A stretch of DNA of 64,000 nt from Bigelowiella natans CCMP2755 (taxonomy: Eukaryota; Protista; Cercozoa): assembly GCA_000320545.1 (NCBI GenBank), contig ADNK01003263.1, positions 17,748-81,747 of the forward strand, in the 5' to 3' direction. Under the pieces are notes generated by a model. That model was given only the letters and a program-made list of their open reading frames with translations. It did no database searches and was not told where the DNA came from. Shown one piece after another: positions 28,734 to 41,688 of this stretch; the stretch's first letter is position 1, and each line of letters begins with the position of its first letter. The position numbers were made by a program, and so were the translations under genes.

Positions 28734-30424
28734 TAATGCTACCTCTTGCATCCAAGTCTTTGCTGATATCTTCAAGATGAGAAATTAATCTCCCAAATTG
28801 CCGTTGAATACGGTACGTGTGCTACATAAATACATATAACATACACATTTGAGCTACATACATACATATATACATACGCATTTGAACATAAGAAGATAGC
28901 AGAAAGAACAAATATTTAAATGACTGCATAGTAGTAGTCGCGAAATAGACAACGATACTTGTTGACCCTCTCATTGCGCAACAATCTACACATTATTATT
29001 AGTATCATCATCATACTAAGGACAGCTACATAATGATGATTTATCCCATCTAGTTATTAGTATAGTACCGTATCATGAAGGAACATCGGACTTGTCTTTG
29101 CTATCGTATGAATGCATGTGACGATGTTTATGGAACTGAGTCGATGATCTTTATTCACCATCTCTAATGCTTCAAGAGCCTCTTCAGCACTCTTTGATTC
29201 CTTGTAACACGTAGTAAAAGCGAACATTGGAAAGAAAGAGTGGGGGGAGGGAGGAAGTGTAGGACAAGAATATTTATTAATTAGAACCACTGTACTGGCT
29301 ACTGACACGCAATAAGCAATAACAAAAGATAAGCGAAGGTGTGTGTGTGTGTGTGTGTCTGTGTGGAAGAGGTACAATAATGAAATAAAAGAAATAAACT
29401 AAAAATAATCTTAACAAATTGAAGCAAAGAAAAATAATGTAAAATAAATATAGAGTAGAGAAACAGAAGAAAGAGGGGCAATAGAAGAGATCGCCAGTAG
29501 CAGCAATCAATACAATAACATAAATGGTACAATATAATATTTCTACGTAACTACCTGTAATAATTGATTTGTGCCCTTCCTACTGCTACTACTACTACTC
29601 TGCTGCCGTCGTTGATGAGGCTGCCACCGTGTTTCTTTAATCATACTACTACTACTACTACTACAACTTGTACTACTACTACTACTACTACTAACATTAT
29701 AGTCATGATCTACTACTATAGGCCAATTGTCAGGTTTCGATAGTTTATTTTGAGTACAGGAGGAGGAGGAGGAATGATTGGTTTGGGATATTATTCTACT
29801 GCTGTAATTGTTGTTCGTGGAGGAATCGGTGGTCACCAGAGGAGATTTTGCTGCTGAACTCGTAGTATCATCACCCACTACCGAGGAGGAGGAGATTGCA
29901 GCACCGACTTGTGTCATCGAGAATATTCTTCTTTTTTTGTTGTTCAATAAGCTCTCTTTTCGAAATAATTGCAAGAGCATTAATCGTGAAGTAGTAGGAG
30001 TAGTTGCAGATGTAGAAGTAGTAGTAGGGCAAGTTTGAGAACCCAGCAGTAGGCTTGAATAGATCTTATTATTACTCATGCTGCCACTTCTGCGGCTAAA
30101 GAGAAGACTGCTTGATTTCGACGTTATTTGGATGTTAGTTCTCATCAGATTAGCACGTGTGTGACGGTTAGATGCTATTCGAGATGCTGAATGCGCCGAT
30201 CCGCTACCAATGAATGAAATCCAACATAACCCTATCAGTACAACACGAACAAACGAACGATGACGAGAGACAATACTGCATCTTCTTCCCCGCACTATGA
30301 TGCTCATATCATCCTTATTGTGTTTGATTGATGATGACGTAGTCGAAGAAGAGGAAGAATCGCGGTGGGATGATAATGTGGTGGAAATGGAGGACGCCTT
30401 CTCTTGAATCACACCCTCTGTCAT
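25334..30424 (-). CDS. Octotricopeptide-repeat (OPR/FASTK-like) helical-repeat RNA-binding protein with probable bipartite plastid-targeting presequence; multi-exon
   Basis: About 12-13 repeats of the xPQxxSNxLWAFAKL type: HPQSMANILWSMVRL, NAHSLSNMLWSFASL, NPQDISNTLWAFVKL, NAQAVSNTLWAFASI, TPQGTANILWSLTQL, TPQTISSMLWSIAR, SSYHISITLWSFAKL and others. The N-terminal hydrophobic stretch SFVRVVLIGLCWISFIGSGSA is followed by an S/R/T-rich, acid-poor segment. Confidence 0.8.
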
Positions 30425-31532
30425 TGTAACGACGCCTCTGTTTCGCGATTCAGCCTTGGAGCTGCGCGATATTAGCTGCCGGATTGAATAACAATAGTGC
30501 TGTGCATAGTATTGTCGAGAAAGTCAAAGAGTTTCAGATGATTAGATGAATAAATAATAGCTTTTTCATGTGTCGGGGCAACAACTTCCAATTGTCAAGG
30601 ACCACCAATGGAGAACGACGAATTGACGATTCTTTTTTTAGCAATTCGAGTCAATAAAACGGATTATTCTGTATACAAAGCGGCCACCCACCTATGGTAT
30701 TCCCGTAAATTCCCTGTCACCGATAAAGTAGGTGGTCACGTGAACCACGCGAAGAGGGAGGTAGTACCCCATTCGGCTCAATTTCATCAACGGTCAGTGA
30801 CGGTCACTACCAACATTATTTGTACAATATTGATATGACCTGTACTTTTCAGCGTTTAAACAGTGAGACATTGTCGCATACTTAAAATATCCTATGTATG
30901 GACTGCTAAAAACAGCATGTGGGTGAACAACCAGAAACTACTGAGTAATTATTGTCTGCTGCATGGACGAACAAGAAAAATGCAGAAAAACTAATAATGA
31001 GCTAAAAATAGAGGCAAACTACTAATAAGTTAGTGAGTTAGTTATTATCTGTTCGCGTCCTTGACTTACCAGCTATGTTTTTTCACCGAAGTGATTGTCA
31101 CAGTGGATGTTGTCTCATAAAAGACATTGCGAAAGTCAAAAAATCATGAACAAAGATTATTGTCTGTATGTGGGTAGGTGTTGTTGGTGGATGTCCTCCC
31201 ATGTAAAAATGAATTATATATTATAATATAAACAACACATACTACAACACATAATAATAGCCTGCCGTAGAGAGACCACCACCCCGGATAGAGAACATAA
31301 CCCACACGACGCAACGTAACAAGACCCTCGCTCAATCAATCGTGAGTGAATGATAACTATATCCTGAAGATAGATTAATAGAGTAGAAGTGAATGGTGAT
31401 GAGAAGAATACAATACATAATGAACGTGAGAAAAATACCAAAGTCTTAGACATCACGGTGTTGTAGTTTTTTCCCTCTCATTTTAATCTGTATATTGCAT
31501 TGATATTTGTTGAATTCGATCGTGAATAGAAA

Positions 31533-31783
31533 ATGGGAGACGATTTCATTCGGACACTTCATTCATCGGATGACGAGGATGAACAAGATGCCGATGATTC
31601 AAGCGATTTTGAAATGGCTGCTATGCAAAAGAAATCGTCGTCGGTCAAGGTAGCTGCTGTGTTCGCAAAATTGACACATAGTAGTATCGTGAGACATTAG
31701 TGGCCTATGAAACTACTATCTTTTCCGTGACCCAGCATGCATGCATATATTTGCTGATGAAATTGTTTTGTCATCATCGTCAC

Positions 31784-31814
<31 letters not shown>

Positions 31815-33123
31815 TTGCTGACAGACTGAATGAATGAATGACCACCGTGGTAAATAAGGCTGCGGGACGTGATACGCACATACACACATAAGTGCTATAT
31901 GTATACAGCATGTTTATTTGATTATCACCCAAAACAATTACTATCATCTATAACTGTTTGAAAAATGAGTCATCTTTGCTTTTAAATCCTTCTCACTACT
32001 ACTCTTTAGGAAAATAGTGGTGCTGGCAGGGAAAAGAAGAAGAAGAAGAAGAAGAAGAAGAAGAAGAAGAAGAAACAACGGCAACATGAAGATGATCAGA
32101 GTGACAGTGAAGAGGGTGGTAGCGACGAGGAAGCATTTATATTCGACGTGTTTGAATCGACGTCGTCATCTTCAAACAACAAAATTAGTAGCATCGTGCA
32201 GCAGCAGCCAGTTGTTGACAAGATTCAGCGACGATTGCTAGCAAAGGAAACACGTAGGCGTAACCTAGCATTTAAGTCAGAGAAGAAGCAAATAAATTAT
32301 CAAGAAGGTGTGGACAACAGCAAAAACGATTTGAAAGAAGATGATAGCAGTGTAGATGAAGATGAGGACGATGAAGATGAAGAAGGGGAGGAGGAAGAAG
32401 AGAGTGACGATGATGATGATGACGAAGAGGATGAGGATGCAGAAAAAGATGAAGATATGAAGTACAAGAGAAAGGATTATAGTGGAAAAGAGGGAACAGA
32501 GATCTCATCCTCCGACTCTAAGTCTTTATCATCTAAGAGGCGGGAGAAGAGAACTCATAATAAAGAGGAGCAGACGAGAAAATACAGCAAAACGAATACA
32601 GCAGTGGAAGTGAAAGATTTTGCTCATCTAAAGCTTTCACGGTTGTGATAAATTATACCTTGGTGAATTCAATGATTGTGCAACTAATTTCTGGCTGAAA
32701 CCATGATTGTTATCTCGCCATCACCATCATTGATATCATCATCATCATCATCATCGATACCACTATCGTGTTACTTACTACTACTACTACTACTACTACT
32801 ACTTACCACGAACATATTAATCGGTTTCGTAATCATGGCTGCCACCTCTACCTTTTACTAGTAGGGCTTTGAGCTTTCAAAGCTTTTATAACAGATGCAT
32901 TGTCTCTTCTACTCTCTCTCTCTCCCTTCCCCCCCAAATACCGCTTCTTCTTCTTCTTCTCTATGATTACCATCGGCGGGATGTAATAATAGGCCATTAC
33001 TTAAAGCCGTGAGAGAGATGGGGTTCGTGTGTCCTACCCCCGTGCAAGCTCGGTCAATACCTCCTGCTCTTATGGGAAAAGATCTGCTGGTACACACTAC
33101 ATTGAAAAAGAAGAAGAAGAAGA

Positions 33124-33160
<37 letters not shown>

Positions 33161-35724
33161 GGCTCGAGATACGCATCATTTGTCCGTGGAAAAATGTTTG
33201 CCTCTCTCTAAAATAATAATGACTTCTATTACTACTAATAACCATTCGATGATGGTGATGATGATGATGATTCTTCTTCTTCTTCACGTTGTGATGATCG
33301 TAGTAGTAGTAGTAGTAGTAGCAGCAGCAGCAGCATATAAATCTTGTCTAGATGTGGTGCCATCATCATCATTATCATCATCGTGAAAGGGATTCATTTA
33401 TTCATTCATTCATTCATTCAAACAATCCTCAGTTATATAATTTACCATATTACTGTCAACATCATCATCTGAACCAGCTTCTCTCTCCTTTAAGGTCAAT
33501 GCACAGACAGGATCCGGGAAAACGGCAGCGTTTCTACTGCCATGCTTAGAGAGGTTGCTATATCGGTCAAGGCGCATTCCAATTTCAAGGGTTCTTGTCG
33601 TCACACCAACAAGAGAATTAGCGCAACAAATCGTCCAAATGGGACAACAGCTAGCAAAACACACAGATGTACGATACTGTTTAGTGGTGGGAGGTTTATC
33701 CCTAAATGCACAAGCTGTTGCACTTAGAAGTAGTCCTGATATTGTCGTAGCTACGCCGGGAAGGCTTATAGATCATTTAAGAAATAGCGTATCCGTGGAT
33801 CTCGATGGTTTAGAAATCTTGATTCTCGATGAAGCAGATCGTCTATTGGATATGGGTTTCAAAGACGAGTTGGAAGAAGTCCTAAGATTGTGCCCAAGAG
33901 GGCGACAGACAATGCTGTTCTCAGCAACACTGAGCGAAAATGTGACAGAACTTGTGGACTTGTCCCTTCGAGAGCCAGTGCGAATATCTGTGGACTCAGT
34001 GTCTGTCGTAGACACTCTTCAGCAAGAATTTATACGCATTCGCTCACAAAATGATAATCAAAAATACAGGTGCTATTATTCATACACTATGATGTAGAAA
34101 TGTTTTGCAGCAAGCAAGTAGATCTGTACTAACACAAGCGGAAATATGTTGTCATAAAACTACGGCCAATTATGATATTCGTAATAACATTTTGTCTATA
34201 TATCATCGTGTATATAATAATAGTAATAGTAATAGTAATAATAATAATAATGATAATAATAATAATAATAGGGAGGCAGTCGTATTGGCATTATGCAAGC
34301 GATCTTTCTCCAAAGGCGGATGTATCGTATTTTTGCCTTCAAAGAAGCTGGCTCATAGGCTGATGATAATTTTCGGTTTTGCATCTTTGAAAGCTGCTGA
34401 ACTACATGGACACCTCACACAGCAACAAAGGTTGGATGCTTTGGAGTTATTCCATAGAAGTAAAGTAGATTTTCTCCTGGCAACCGATCTTGCTGCAAGA
34501 GGACTCGATATAAAAAAAGTGCATGCCGTGATAAACTACAGCATGCCCCGACAAGTAGCTAGGTACATTCATAGGGTTGGAAGAACAGCAAGAGCGGGCC
34601 GTAAGGGGGTAAGATAATAGAGAAACCAATCGTCAACATTTCATTGCAGTTGCCTCCATAATCTCCATCTTATTTCACCTTGACTACTTTATGCGTTATT
34701 GCCAAATGCTTAACTCTCAGCAGTTGAATGTTTATTATTTTTATTATCCTGGTGGATACACACTGATGATCCCTTTTCCATATCCTCATCAAAACAAACC
34801 AATAACGTATTATAATACAGCAGCTACTGTCTGCAGCAGTATTCATCATTTCTTCATATTCAGGTATCGGTGACATTAGTTGGAGAAAATGGCCGCAAAA
34901 ATCTAAAGTCAGTTGTAAAAATGGCAAAGGGGGCTGGAACTACAAAAAGCAGGCAAGTGCCTTTCAAAGTAATCAGCAAATGGAGAGACAAAATTGGAGA
35001 AATGGAGGAAGATATTCGCGCAGTGTTGGATATGGAGTGGGAAGAGAAGCAATTGCGTATAGCAGAAATGGAAACGAACAAAGGGATGAATATCATTCAC
35101 TATCAAGATGAAATTCAGCGCCGTCCTCCACGCACTTGGTTTCAGACCGAAAAAGCTAAAAAAAAAGCAAAAGAGATCTCGAAAGCAGCAATTTCAGCCA
35201 TTAGCGACGATAACGATGACGGGGCTCGTAATGATATTGACACAGCACCTCTTTCAAAGGGTAGTCAACAGAGTCAACGTACCAAAAAAAAAAACCCTCT
35301 CCAAGGCCTCTCACGTTCAAAAAAACGGAAAAAACTTGCCAGGATGCAAGAAGAAAAGGATCGTAGGGATTATGAACAGCGAATTGAGGAAATAGGAGGC
35401 ACAAAGAAAAAATCGCCGCATCAGCGCATGATGGAAGCTGTACAAAAAGCAAAATTTAAACGTCGCGAAACAGCGGTGCAAAAGGAGGGAAAGCAGCTGA
35501 ATCATTCTAAGGGCGGTGCCAATGATCACATCGCTATGAATGCTGCAGTGCGCAAAGCGAAAAAGCGTTATAGATCAAAGGATAATGAAGACGATGCTGA
35601 TAGCTTTGCACGCAGATATGGTAAGATAAAGGAGAAACCTCAGAGAGAAGAGAATAAAAAAGCATTTGCAAACAAATCACGGAAAGCTTTCAAGAGCAAG
35701 AGCAGATACAAAAGGCGAAAGTAG
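31533..35724 (+). CDS. DDX27: DEAD-box RNA helicase DDX27/Drs1 (60S ribosome biogenesis); multi-exon
   Basis: MGDDFIRTL start and acidic N-terminus; Q motif FAHLKLSRPLLKAVREMGFVCPTPVQ; AQTGSGKTAAF, PTRELAQQ, ATPGRLIDHLRNS, LDEADRLLDMGF, MLFSAT, ATDLAARGLDI, YIHRVGRTARAGR; Drs1-type RTWFQ and C-terminal FKSKSRYKRRK. Confidence 0.93.
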
Positions 35725-36103
35725 AGCCAGTTAACCTTCCGATCATACAAATTTGTAGCAGTATATGACTTGAGGAGCGGTAGTGTCATCACCAAGTAAG
35801 CATGCTTCGGCATTCTTCCGCTCAAGCATCACAATTCATGTCGTAAAGAAGAGTCGTTGGCTCCGTGTAGCTAATTACATTGACGATACATGAAATTACG
35901 TGCGTGTCCATGCGGCTGTCCAGCGATGCTTGAATGGACCATGCTAACGTTACTAGGCTTAGTCCTCTGCCAAGCACATCTAGACATGCCACATCATGAG
36001 CCAAAAGCAGCTGCTCAAGCACAGACTAGATGGACTTTCATTTGCAATTCGTCGATGTGATCTGACTGGTGAGCGGCCACAGCTAGACAGCTTAAACATG
36101 TCG

Positions 36104-36922
36104 AGGCCAAACCCGGTCACAAATGGGTTTCGCATGTTTGCAGAGCGCTTCAAGGGCATTTTTTGCGTGCAATCCGTCCGCAACCGTCAAAAAACACTTT
36201 CTGAGTCGGCGGAATGTCGAAAAAATGAAAAAATTCAAAATCTCAGCTCAAAAACCTCGATTTTTTGACCCCTCACAACGTGCATTGCGGAGAAAATTCT
36301 CATGATTTTGGTCAGAGATGCAGCCGACGCGCGTGTGCAATGCGAGTAAGTGAGGCCGTGTCCGTTTGCAATGGAACTAGCTTCACAGACAGCTGGAAGC
36401 GCGATGCTCAAGTGTCAAATTTGATCGAGACAGTGACGCGTTGAAACTTTGAAATTGGGGCATCACTGCCACATGCATGCACAGCCACAGGACACACATG
36501 ACGTGTCATGAGTGCAGAGGGGTTTTGACGCATTGGAGACTGGTTGGAGCATGCACAGCCACAGGACACACATGACGTGTCATGAGGGCAGAGGGGTTTT
36601 GACGCATTGGAGACACTGCGCAGCTGGTTTTCAGTCAAAAAGATTGGTCGTGTGCAGCCGCGCGCGCAGAACTTTGGTTCAAAACGCCGAGGCGTGGCGC
36701 GCACAAGCGGCGCGTGGTGCGCGGGGCAGCGCGATCGAGCAGCTAGAAGTGGCACCTCGCTAGCTCGGGGGGGGGGGGGGGAATGCGAATGAAAAAATTC
36801 AACTGTGCCAAAAGTTTTCAAACGACCCCTGCTAGCCTGCTTGACATCTGAATCGAGTTTGCGCGAAAAAAACGCGTCAATTTTTTTTTTCAATTTTCGT
36901 GAAGTTGTGACCGGTTTGGCCT
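36104..36922. mobile_element. Non-autonomous TIR element (MITE-like), ~820 bp
   Basis: Left end AGGCCAAACCCGGTCACAA (36104-36122). Right end TTGTGACCGGTTTGGCCT (36905-36922) is its reverse complement apart from a 1-nt indel. No transposase ORF; TSD not recoverable. Confidence 0.65.
36475..36614. repeat. 66-bp direct repeat with 74-bp period inside the MITE
   Basis: 36475-36540 and 36549-36614 are identical except for one base (AGTGCAG/AGGGCAG). Confidence 0.9.
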
Positions 36923-37591
36923 GGATGTGAAACTTGAAGCTCAAACATCACAATGCACCCAGTGGACACGTGCAGTGCCAGAGTGGTGCAGTGGACACGC
37001 GTGGGAAATTGTTGTGGATTTTGAATCAATGCTCTGTTCAATGCAGTTCAATGTTCCCCACAGCTTTGACGATGCCATTTGCAAATTGCTTCTCTGCCTT
37101 GAATTTGAAATGCACGCCAGCACGTTGACAATCTGCGATGTGGGGGTTCTGCAATTTGGTGCGGATTCTGACTTTTTTTCTGAGAAATCATGTGCAGTCT
37201 CAGGCGGTGGCGCCTGCGCCGCGCGAGCACAACGTCACAAGCAACATGGAGCCCCATGAGGCTGCACAGCGCACGCACGTGCGCGAACGCAGAGCAGTCA
37301 GGATGGACATTTCACTCAATTCTGTGTCAGTCAGATGTCAGCAAATGCATCAATGACAGAGTTGAAAGGTGCATGCAATCAAATGATTCAGCAATTGGAG
37401 AAGGCTGTGGCGTGATTTTTTGAACAATGGTGAATTCATTGTGCATTTGGTGATGGAATGATGAACAATTGTGGCAAGGCAAGGTGGCAAATGCAGACCA
37501 TGCACACGTTCTTTGCAACGTGTGATCTGTTCATCCGCACGTTTCTGGATTCACTTGCCCACGTCTGTTCATCCGCACACTTTGCCCACAA

Positions 37592-39000
37592 TCATTCGGA
37601 ATCGGTGCTGCTGCTGTCGCTGCTAGCAAGCTCATCGCCAACCTCACGCACTGCTGCGTCAATCGCGTGGTCTCTTTCCGATGTTTTCATGAGCTTGTTC
37701 TTCATCGTCATTGCAATGGTCTTGTGAAGTCTTTTCCGCTTGCGCGCCTTTCGCTTCATCTTGCGGTGAACCTGTTTGCGCAACTGCTGCCTGGTCTGTG
37801 GATGCCCTCCGCTGCAACAGCACTTGATGCAGCGACCGCATCCGATGCAGCACTTCTTCTTCTTGTGATGGCAGACCTGCGGCGGCGGCGAGTCATTTGT
37901 GCTGTCGTCCGATCCCGACTCAAAGCCATCGACATTGTGTGCAATCAGCTGTGGAGCGCTTTTGCCGCCTCGATCGACGGGCATCACCACCGCGAGCATT
38001 GGGCGGCCCCGCCTTGCTGACCATTGCCTTCGATGTGCCCGGCTTGGGCGCTGGGACTGTCTGCTCATTCGCGTTTTCTGTTGATTGCGTCGATTGTGCT
38101 TCCATGGCTGCCACTCGCGCCAGCAGTTGCTTCATCACGCGCGCATTCTCAGCCGCACGCTCATTCGCTTCCGCTAGCTTCCTCTCGCACTTCGCCTTGA
38201 TGCGCGCGGCGGCTTCGTGCTCATCCGCCTCACTCTCAGTGATGTCGTGTGCCGATTCCGACTTTCGGCTCGCCGCAGCTGCTGCCCCGCGACGCCGTGC
38301 AGCCCTTCCTTTTTTTGACCTCCTTGTGTTGCGTCCGCCATTCCTCCTCTTCTTGTTCTTCTGCTCTGACGGCTGGTGGACCACCAAGATTGGATCATTC
38401 TCGCTGTCGCCCTCGCCAGGCGCGCTTTCCACCTTCTCTGTCGCGTCCTGTTGACTGGCGGCTGCTGCGCCCGGCTTGCGCAGCTCGTCCACCCAATTTC
38501 TCAGGGCGTCGTCCACAATGCTCAGGCAGCTGCCAGACACAAATGCGGGGGGCACAGCTGGGTTGCAATCACCTTGGACACCGGCGCCAGTTTCCTGAGC
38601 TTCCCATTTGGAGACAGCATGGCAACTTGCAGGTGGGAACTGGACCTGAACGTCTTTTTTCGATCCACAAGAACCAGTCCCATCACCCATTTGTTTCTGA
38701 CATTGCCCTTCGCCATCAGCGCCTTGGTCGGCTTCAAGTGGACGATTTGGTGTGTTGAAATTGATGCAGCGTTCTCCACGTGTGCCACGCCGGCAAACAG
38801 AACGCACGTCCCCACTGGCCACCCGCCATTGCCATCGTGCAACCGAATCGTGCGACTTCTTCTGTCACATGACTTGCAGTGTGCCAGCACTTTGCCTTCT
38901 GCACTGTCTGTCCATGCAAGAGCGCATGTCGCAGACATTGCGGATGATGCACATGCCTTGCGAGGCTTAGGAGCACATGAGTGCACGCTTTGCATTCAAC
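37592..39000 (-). pseudogene. Decayed, frameshifted coding relic of unknown family, probably element-borne
   Basis: Overlapping minus ORFs 38522-38995, 37920-38822 and 37592-38068 read as protein-like (coiled-coil and basic segments). They contain no Tyr and have clusters such as VCHHKKKKCCIGCGRCIKCCC, consistent with TAY converted to TGY/CAY. Confidence 0.5.
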
Positions 39001-39593
39001 ATTCACTTTGGTGCACGTGTGGAAAACGCACATGTCAAATTGGTGGGTACGTCTGCAGAAATTGCTTCCACATCGCAAAAAATTTTCAGAAAAATTTTCG
39101 GCGTCTGCACTATTCCACAGATCATGTGTAGACACTGCAACCTGCAATGTGCATTTTGTCTAGCTAGATAGCTAGATGGGTCTAGAGGTCTGAGCTAGCT
39201 CTATCTACTAGTCTAGAGCTGAGGTGGCGTTGCAGGACGTTATCTCATCACACATCTGTTAGGCATCAGGGTGTTGTGTAATCGACCTGTATAAGCCCGC
39301 AGTGCCATCTAGCCATGACTGGCACACGTGTTTGCACATGTGACATTGCTTAGATTGGGTTAACTAGTTAACCCCAGCAACGAGCTACAGCGTTACATGC
39401 CAGGTGCTGTTCATGTGCGTCTGATCCGCTGCTGCTGTGCAAGATTAGCCAGGATGGTGCATGCATAGCGGTACGTTTATGCATGATGACAATAGACACA
39501 TAATTCCCTACATAATTATTAATAAATATATTTCATGAACTTTTGCCCCATTTATCATTTATAATTATCATTTTTAGTAAATTCTGAGAAACA

Positions 39594-40410
39594 CTAGAAG
39601 ACGTATGCAAGGCAATCAAAAAACCTATAGAGTAGGTAGATGAAAGCAATTGCGACACATACCACAACGGCAGCCCCGTACCTGGGATACGAATGGATAT
39701 TTTAGTACACACTAGTAAATGCGGTGGTTTAATATTAGGTTTTACCATGCTGCGCCCTCCACCTGGAAATCTTGTAAGTCATAGTACAGAAATACCACCA
39801 GCACCATTGTGAAAAAAGCCACCCAAAATATCCAAGAGGTTGTTAAGGCCATCTTTCGGTAGAATTCAGCAGCAGCAACTGCTTTATCTATTATAAATTT
39901 CACAAGTTCATTTTGTGTAGTTGTAAATTCAAGGATGTCATGTCAATTTAGTAGTGAAATACCGTAATCTTCGAATTTCGAATACTGGATTTTACCACCT
40001 TTCAACCCAATATCCTCCCTATCTTGCATAGACCTTGATGGGAAAGTTAATTTTAATAAAGTACATGAGTCAAATTCAGGATCAACAATTCATATGTGCA
40101 CGTAAACATACATGCACACACCACTCTTCGTTAAAACATTGAATTTTTATGCAATGAACAAAAAATGACATTAAATCGGCCTCCCAATTGATAATTACCC
40201 GATGTCTGGCACAGAATTCCAACGTTCGCTTTCGACACCATCGGAGTTCTTTGTACATTCTGTGCAATGCAAGAGAACAAAGGCATTCTCTTAAGATACA
40301 TTAAGCAGAATTCACAACAAAATGTTATTCGGTTTTGCAAGCATCTAGTCGTGCTAGTTTATCTCAAGGATAAACAAAAAGATCAGCCAACCACTTTCGT
40401 CCACCATCAT
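39594..40410 (-). CDS. Small hypothetical membrane protein, 126 aa, two C-terminal TM helices (exons 40410-40392, 40259-40199, 40033-39963, 39887-39746, 39681-39594)
   Basis: Four GT-AG introns with matching phases give an open frame: MMVDESECTKNSDGVESERWNSVPDIGSMQDREDIGLKGGKIQYSKFEDYDKAVAAAEFYRKMALTTSWIFWVAFFTMVLVVFLYYDLQDFQVEGAAWYGAAVVVCVAIAFIYLLYRFFDCLAYVF*. The first exon is the least certain. Confidence 0.65.
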
Positions 40411-41012
40411 CGTGGATCAGGCAATCGTTTGTTGTCAGAAGTGTTGTGTGCAGATATTGTGTTGTTTGTTGTCGCGATAAAGGATTCTCATTCATTCTCA
40501 TTCCTTCTTATTGATACAGGCATTGTTTCTGTCGGAACCACACCTGCCAATCATCCAAAATTAATTCCCACTGATTTACACCATAGCGACAACGTGTGTG
40601 CTCCAAACCCACTACAAAGAAAAGGCGGGAAAATGAATCGTTTATGATGAATCAAAATTGGCATGAAGAATACTTTCTATGTTGTCGTAGTCCACAATAG
40701 ATATGGATTTCACATGAAATGTGTGAAAATGCTCCGAATGTAGAACTCATAACTTTCAACCTGCCCCAAATAATCCAAATAAGCTCTCGAGTATAGCAGG
40801 CCGCGTCGCTCCGACGGGTATGGCTTCAACCTTTCGTTGTTACAGTAGTTGAGATGATGTGAAAAAGTAAGAATGAATCTATGAGAAGAAACACGATGTG
40901 TTCCATGCTTTTCTCGATAACACCAATAAAATACACGCTTACAGAAAGCTATTTTGAAATACTGACATCATTTAATGCTTATGGATAGGAAGAAGCACTT
41001 TCTCTGAAAAGA

Positions 41013-41645
41013 ATGGAATTGCCATCGTCGATTTCGACTTCGACCCGGTCTTCGTCGTCGTCCTCCTCCTTTCGGCATGTCAGAATTGGCCAGTTGATAC
41101 GGCTACTGGTGTCCTCTGTGACTAATGTTAAAGAACAAAGGGTTAGACACAAAGAAAAAAAACAAGTTGAAGAAAGCTGCAATAGTGACAGTCTAGAGAA
41201 TATTCCGAGAGGGACAAGAGAGAGAAAAAACAAGATGAAAAAAAAATTCTCATAATTAGATCTTACCTTCTGTTTGGAGTCGGGATCGAGCGATAGCTTG
41301 AGACACCACTGAGACTCCTTGTACCGTATATTATTTGTGTGTATTCTACGCACATGAGAAATAGAGAGAGGGGGAAATAGAGATAATGGCGTGTACATGT
41401 TGATATTCGCACGTTATGAAAACAATATCTGGAATGTTATGTGATTTTTTGTCACATTTTTTGTTGGTTAGGATGGGGGAAGATATCACTCCATGGTGAG
41501 TTACGTCAATCGACTCATCACCAGCTTTGCACACCTTCCAAGAATCAGGGACGAGTTCCAAATCAAACGAAACATCGTGACCAAACGTACTTACTAGCGA
41601 ATATGTACTCATAATTATATACATATATAACAGTAAAACAAAAAA

Positions 41646-41688
<43 letters not shown>

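Larger units (their letters stand above)
35970..39470. other. TpA-depleted island 4 (composite of decayed mobile DNA)
   Basis: In 36361-38960 (~2.6 kb) I count only 6 TA, all in CTAG. Two ~790-bp stretches (36836-37622, 38177-38966) contain no TA. CTAG micro-insertions cluster at the edges. Confidence 0.9.

Noticed and set aside
30600-31460. Short ORFs or a structured RNA in the OPR-DDX27 divergent interval
   Set aside because: No consistent frame or recognisable RNA family motif. I recognised no tRNA or rRNA anywhere in the window.
39120-39220. CTAG-rich end of island 4 as a Helitron 3' terminus
   Set aside because: I could identify no clear subterminal hairpin or 5' TC end, and Helitrons make no TSD, whereas these CTAGs have duplications.
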